From Halodesulfurarchaeum sp. (GTDB lineage Archaea; Halobacteriota; Halobacteria; Halobacteriales; Halobacteriaceae): DNA of 64,000 nucleotides. The notes under the pieces are model-generated. The model was not told the origin of the DNA and did not search any database. It worked only from the letters and a program-made list of their open reading frames with translations. Of this stretch, positions 60,192 to 64,000 are shown piece by piece. Location: positions 1,248,001-1,312,000 of the forward strand of contig JAXHNL010000002.1 of assembly GCA_034520565.1 (NCBI GenBank), given 5' to 3'. The position numbers and the translations under genes are program-made. Each line of letters opens with the position of its first letter. Positions within the stretch are counted from its first letter, which is position 1.

Positions 60192-60714
60192 TCATCTGTC
60201 CCTCCGCCCGTTCGGGGTGGAGTTCGTCCGCGAGCGGGCTGCGTCTCGTCGAAGTCGATGCGCGTCCTCCTCGTCGACGTCGACCGTGTACGACGGCTCG
60301 CGTGACGCGGCTGTCCGTCGACGATGACGTGGCCGTGGGTGACGAACTGTCGGGCCTGATCGACGGTGTTGGCCAGTCCCTTGCGGTACACGACCGTCTG
60401 GAGACGCCGTTCGAGGACGTCGGTCACGTCGAGTGACAGGACGTCGTCGAGGCCGTCGCTGCTCGTCGAGGATGCCGATCGCGCTGGAGGCGGCCGAGGA
60501 ACTCCGTCGCCGGACTCGCCGTCCTCGCGGTCCGGCCGAGCAGCCGCCGGGCCTCGCGGCGGTAGCGAGCGCAGCTCGGACTGGGCGCGCCAGAGCTCCT
60601 CCTTGTTCTTCAGGCCGTACCGGCCGACGAGGTCGCGCTCCTCGGCGATGCGCTCGCCCTGGAAGGGGTGGTTCGGCGTCTCGTAGAACTTGGTGTTCTG
60701 CTCCGGAGCGCCAT
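60192..60714 (-). CDS. rps4: 30S ribosomal protein S4 (frameshifted)
   Basis: [27 protein letters not shown]...[10 protein letters not shown]. Confidence 0.92.
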
Positions 60715-61233
60715 TACTCGTCACTCTCCTCGGCGGCCTCTTCCTCGGCCTGCTCCTCCTGGATCGCCTCGACGTTGACGCCGATGGTGCCCTCCGTACG
60801 GCCCGTGGACTTCGTGCGCTGTCCGCGGACCTTCTGTCCGCGCTCGTGGCGGACGCCCTTGTAGGACCGGATCATCTGCATCCGGTTGATGTCCTGCTGG
60901 CGGGTCAGCTCGAGGTCGTTGCCGGTCTCGTGGGTGGTCTCGCCGGTGAAGAAGTCGTTCCGGCGGTTCGCCATCCACTCGGGGACTTCGTCGGCGAAGC
61001 CCTCGACGAGCGTCGACGACTGTCGTCGATGGCGTCGTCGTCGAGGCGCGCCGAACGTGGCCGTCCGGTCGACGTCGGCCTGCTCGGCGATGATGCGGGC
61101 GGCCCGGCGGCCGATGCCGTTCAGTCTCCGTGAGGGCACGCTCGACGGACTTCGTCCCGTCGAGGTCGGTCTGTCCGATGCGGACGAAGTACCGAATGTC
61201 CTCGTCCTCGTCCTCTGGTTCTTCCGAACTCAT
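60714..61233 (-). CDS. rps13: 30S ribosomal protein S13 (frameshifted)
   Basis: [35 protein letters not shown]. Confidence 0.92.
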
Positions 61234-61249
61234 GTTTGGTGTCGGTGAG

Positions 61250-61333
61250 CGTCGTGGCGGGGATTTGAACCCCGGAGGCTTACGCCACAGAGTTAGCAAC
61301 CCTGCGCCTTGGGCCAGGCTAGGCTACCACGAC
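61250..61333 (-). tRNA. tRNA-Ser(GCT)
   Basis: GTCGTGG acceptor stem, CAGGG-TTGCTAA-CTCTG anticodon arm, variable arm, T-loop. Confidence 0.95.
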
Positions 61334-61516
61334 GCGCGTGTTCGGTATCTGTCGCCCTCTCGGACTCGGGGCCGTACGCCCCTGCAGTGACCTGCAGCAG
61401 AATATCGCCGCCGGTACTTAAGCACCGTCGGAACGCCTGCGAGTCCGACGACCGGATCGCGTGACCCGCGGATCGCCCGCTGGCGATCTGATCGAGTCGT
61501 CGGTCGACGGCCGTGG

Positions 61517-62531
61517 TCACGCGGATTCGCGCGAGTCGGTGTGCTCGCAGCGTCCGGATGTCGGCGACCCGCATCGAGGTCCTCGTTGTTCACCTCCCAG
61601 TCGCCGTCGCATCGTTCTGGACCATGTACTCCCCGTAGTAGGGAACCCGGTTCTGCGACGGTCTCCCGGAAGGCCGCCCGGATCTCCTCGCGCGTCATCT
61701 CGCCCATCGACCGGAGGTCGTCGTTGCGGTTCAGACAGCCCTTCAGCTTCCCGTCGTGGGTGACGCGAACGCGGTGGCAGTTCGCGCAGAACGCCTCGTT
61801 CTCGACGGGGTCGACGATCTCGACCATGCCGCCGTCGACGCAGTACCGCTTGCCGGTCGTGCATGTCGCGGCGCTCGACGCGGTCGGCCTGCTCGGCGAG
61901 CCAGTCGTGGACCCGCTCGATGTCGATCGCCCACTCGGGGTGGCCGGCGAGCTCCGGCATGTACTCGATGAGCTGGAGCTGGAGCCCGTCGTTCTCGGCG
62001 ACGTGGTCGACCATCTCCGGGACGTACCCCGCGGTCTTCTCGAAGACGACCATGTTGAGCTTCACGGGGTCGAGGCCGGCGTCGACGGCCGCCTCGACGC
62101 CCTCCAGAACCTGGTCGTAGGCACCGCTCTTCGTGATCTCCGCGAACGCCTCCGGGTCGAGGGCGTCCTGGGAGACGTTGACCCGCTCGAGTCCGGCGTC
62201 GACGAGCGCCTCGGCCCGTCCGGGAGGAAGGTCCCGTTCGTCGTCATCGAGACCTCCATCGCCGTCGGGCGTCCGACGCGATGATCTCCTCGAGGTCCTC
62301 GCGGAGCATCGGCTCCCCCCCGGTGAACTTGACCGCCTCGACGTCGAACTCGCGGGCGACCTCGAGGAACCGGACGACCTCGTCGGTCGACATCTCGTCG
62401 TCCTGGGGCTCCATCGGCCCGCGGGTGTCCCCGAGCCCCTCGTTGTGACAGTAGACGCAGTCGAAGTTACACCGGTCGGTGAGAGAGACCCGGACCCCGG
62501 AGACCTCGCGGCCGAAATCGTCTTCGAGCAT
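61517..62531 (-). CDS. moaA: GTP 3',8-cyclase MoaA (multiple frameshifts; 3' end approximate)
   Basis: [13 protein letters not shown] radical-SAM motif, [25 protein letters not shown]. Confidence 0.9.
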
Positions 62532-62746
62532 ATCTCTTACTCACTTCTGAATTGCCTTAACTGCGATGGTAATTTGGCCGTTAGGTAACGAATACTGGTT
62601 ACGCACGGTCGAATCGGGTGTTGCGCCATCCGTCATCGCTTCGTGCGCACACGATGTCAATGATTCCCACAGATTGTGCACGACTGGCGACCGCAAATCC
62701 CTGCCAAACACAACCCTTATTCACGGTTCCCGGCCTACGTCGGGGT

Positions 62747-63926
62747 ATGCAGGAAGCCGACGTTCGGGAGATTCTGTCGGGGATCGAGGACCCCGACCTC
62801 GGCACAGACATCGTTTCAGAGAACCTCGTTTCCGGGATCGACCTGGACGGGGAAAGCGTCACGGTGAAACTGGCCCTCACGGCCATCGGTTCGCCCACGG
62901 AGGAGCAGATCCGGGCCGACGTCCGCGAGGCGCTGGAAGCCGAGGGGCTTTCGGTCACGCTTGAGCCCGATTCAGCCGAATCGGCCGCAGCGGGATCGCG
63001 TCGAGAACACGGTACCGATGCGAACGTTCGACGGAACCACTTCCCGGCGTCGAGAACGTCATCGCCGTCGCCTCGGGAAAAGGTGGGGTCGGGAAGAGTA
63101 CCGTCTCCGTGAACCTCGCGGCCGGACTCGCAGATCTGGGGGCCGAGGTCGCGATTTTCGACACCGACATGTACGGGCCGAACGTCCCGCGGATGCTCGG
63201 GGTCGACGAACAACCCCGGGCCACCGAGGACGAGACGATCGTTCCCGCCCGAGGCGTCCGGCGTGGAGCTGATGAGCATGGCGTTCATGCGTCGGGCGAG
63301 GACGACCCCGTCATCTGGCGTGGCGCGATGGTCCACCAGACGCTCACCCAGCTCGTCGACGACGTGCAGTGGGGCGACATCGACTATCTCGTCATCGACC
63401 TCCCGCCGGGAACCGGTGACACGCAACTCACGCTCCTCCAGTCCATCCCGATCACCGGCTCGGTGATCGTGACGACCCCGCAGGACGTTGCACTCGAGGA
63501 CGCCCGCCGCGGCCTCCAGATGTTTGCCGAACACGACACGCCGGTGCTGGGAATCGTCGAGAACATGAGCACGTTCGTCTGCCCGGACTGCGGCTCGGAA
63601 CACGACATCTTCGGCTCCGGCGGGGGCGAGCGCTTCGCCGAGGAGAAGGACATGCCGTTCCTCGGCTCGATCCCGCTCGATCCCGGCGGATCGCGGGAGC
63701 GGCTGGCGACGAGGGCTGCCGCGATGCGTGGATGGCCGAGGTACGGCTCCGCCCGACGACCGGCGTTCCGGGGTCATCGTCGGGAGACCGACGGCGGACA
63801 TCGGTCGGCGACTTCGTGAACCGGCGAGAGCCGAACGTAGAACAGATCCCGCGTCGGTCGGGATCCGGGTCCAATGAGCCGTTCCGCCGAAGGACGTCTT
63901 TGTCACGCATTCGATCCTCAGGCTAG
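62747..63926 (+). CDS. mrp: Mrp/NBP35 (ApbC) Fe-S carrier ATPase (frameshifted; 3' end approximate)
   Basis: DPDLGTDIVS N-domain; SGKGGVGKSTV at ~63073; DLPPGTGD, VTTPQ, ENMSTFVCPDC. Confidence 0.88.
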
Positions 63927-64000
63927 AACTGAACGGACAAACCGTTTCAGTCTACACGGCGTGCCCGATAGAGTTTTTGTAACGGTCCTTTCGGGCCGAT

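Overview
High-GC haloarchaeal chromosomal segment (class Halobacteria, inferred from acidic proteins, archaeal ribosomal/RNAP genes and gene order). It is mostly housekeeping DNA: a crcB pair with a fluoride riboswitch, a SoxB-like hydrolase, dacZ-mscS, pgk, udk, tRNA-Ser(TGA), the aroC/aroA/tyrA/surE/CM/aroK cluster, cdc48, rpap-rpe-lhr, trxB, rpl21e-rpoF-ksgA-hemK, ndk-rpl24e-rps28e-rpl7ae, tmcA, gltX, idsA, rnj, ipk, mvk, the rps13-rps4-rps11-rpoD-tRNA-Leu-rpl18e-rpl13-rps9-rpoN-rpoK-eno-rps2 cluster, moaA and mrp. Genes from ~51.5 kb onward are heavily frameshifted, most likely from assembly error. The main candidate novelty is a ~7 kb accessory island between tmcA and gltX (41.06-48.30 kb). 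It is punctuated by four 27-bp 10-7-10 palindromic sites (TGCTGAATAC-N7-GTATTCAGCA-like) with pairwise matching spacers, plus a fifth degenerate site. These sites delimit two gene blocks: a DUF3179 lipoprotein with a Cys-pair membrane protein, and a 1124-aa Tat/PGF-CTERM glycoside-hydrolase-like protein. The arrangement resembles a pdif/Xer-type cassette system; an IS5 element sits exactly in the spacer of one site. Other notable signals are 135-bp tRNA-3'-end-derived tandem hairpin units, a riboswitch hairpin that could hide the crcB start codon, paired DtxR-type boxes before a DoxX gene, and apparent loss of rpa1.
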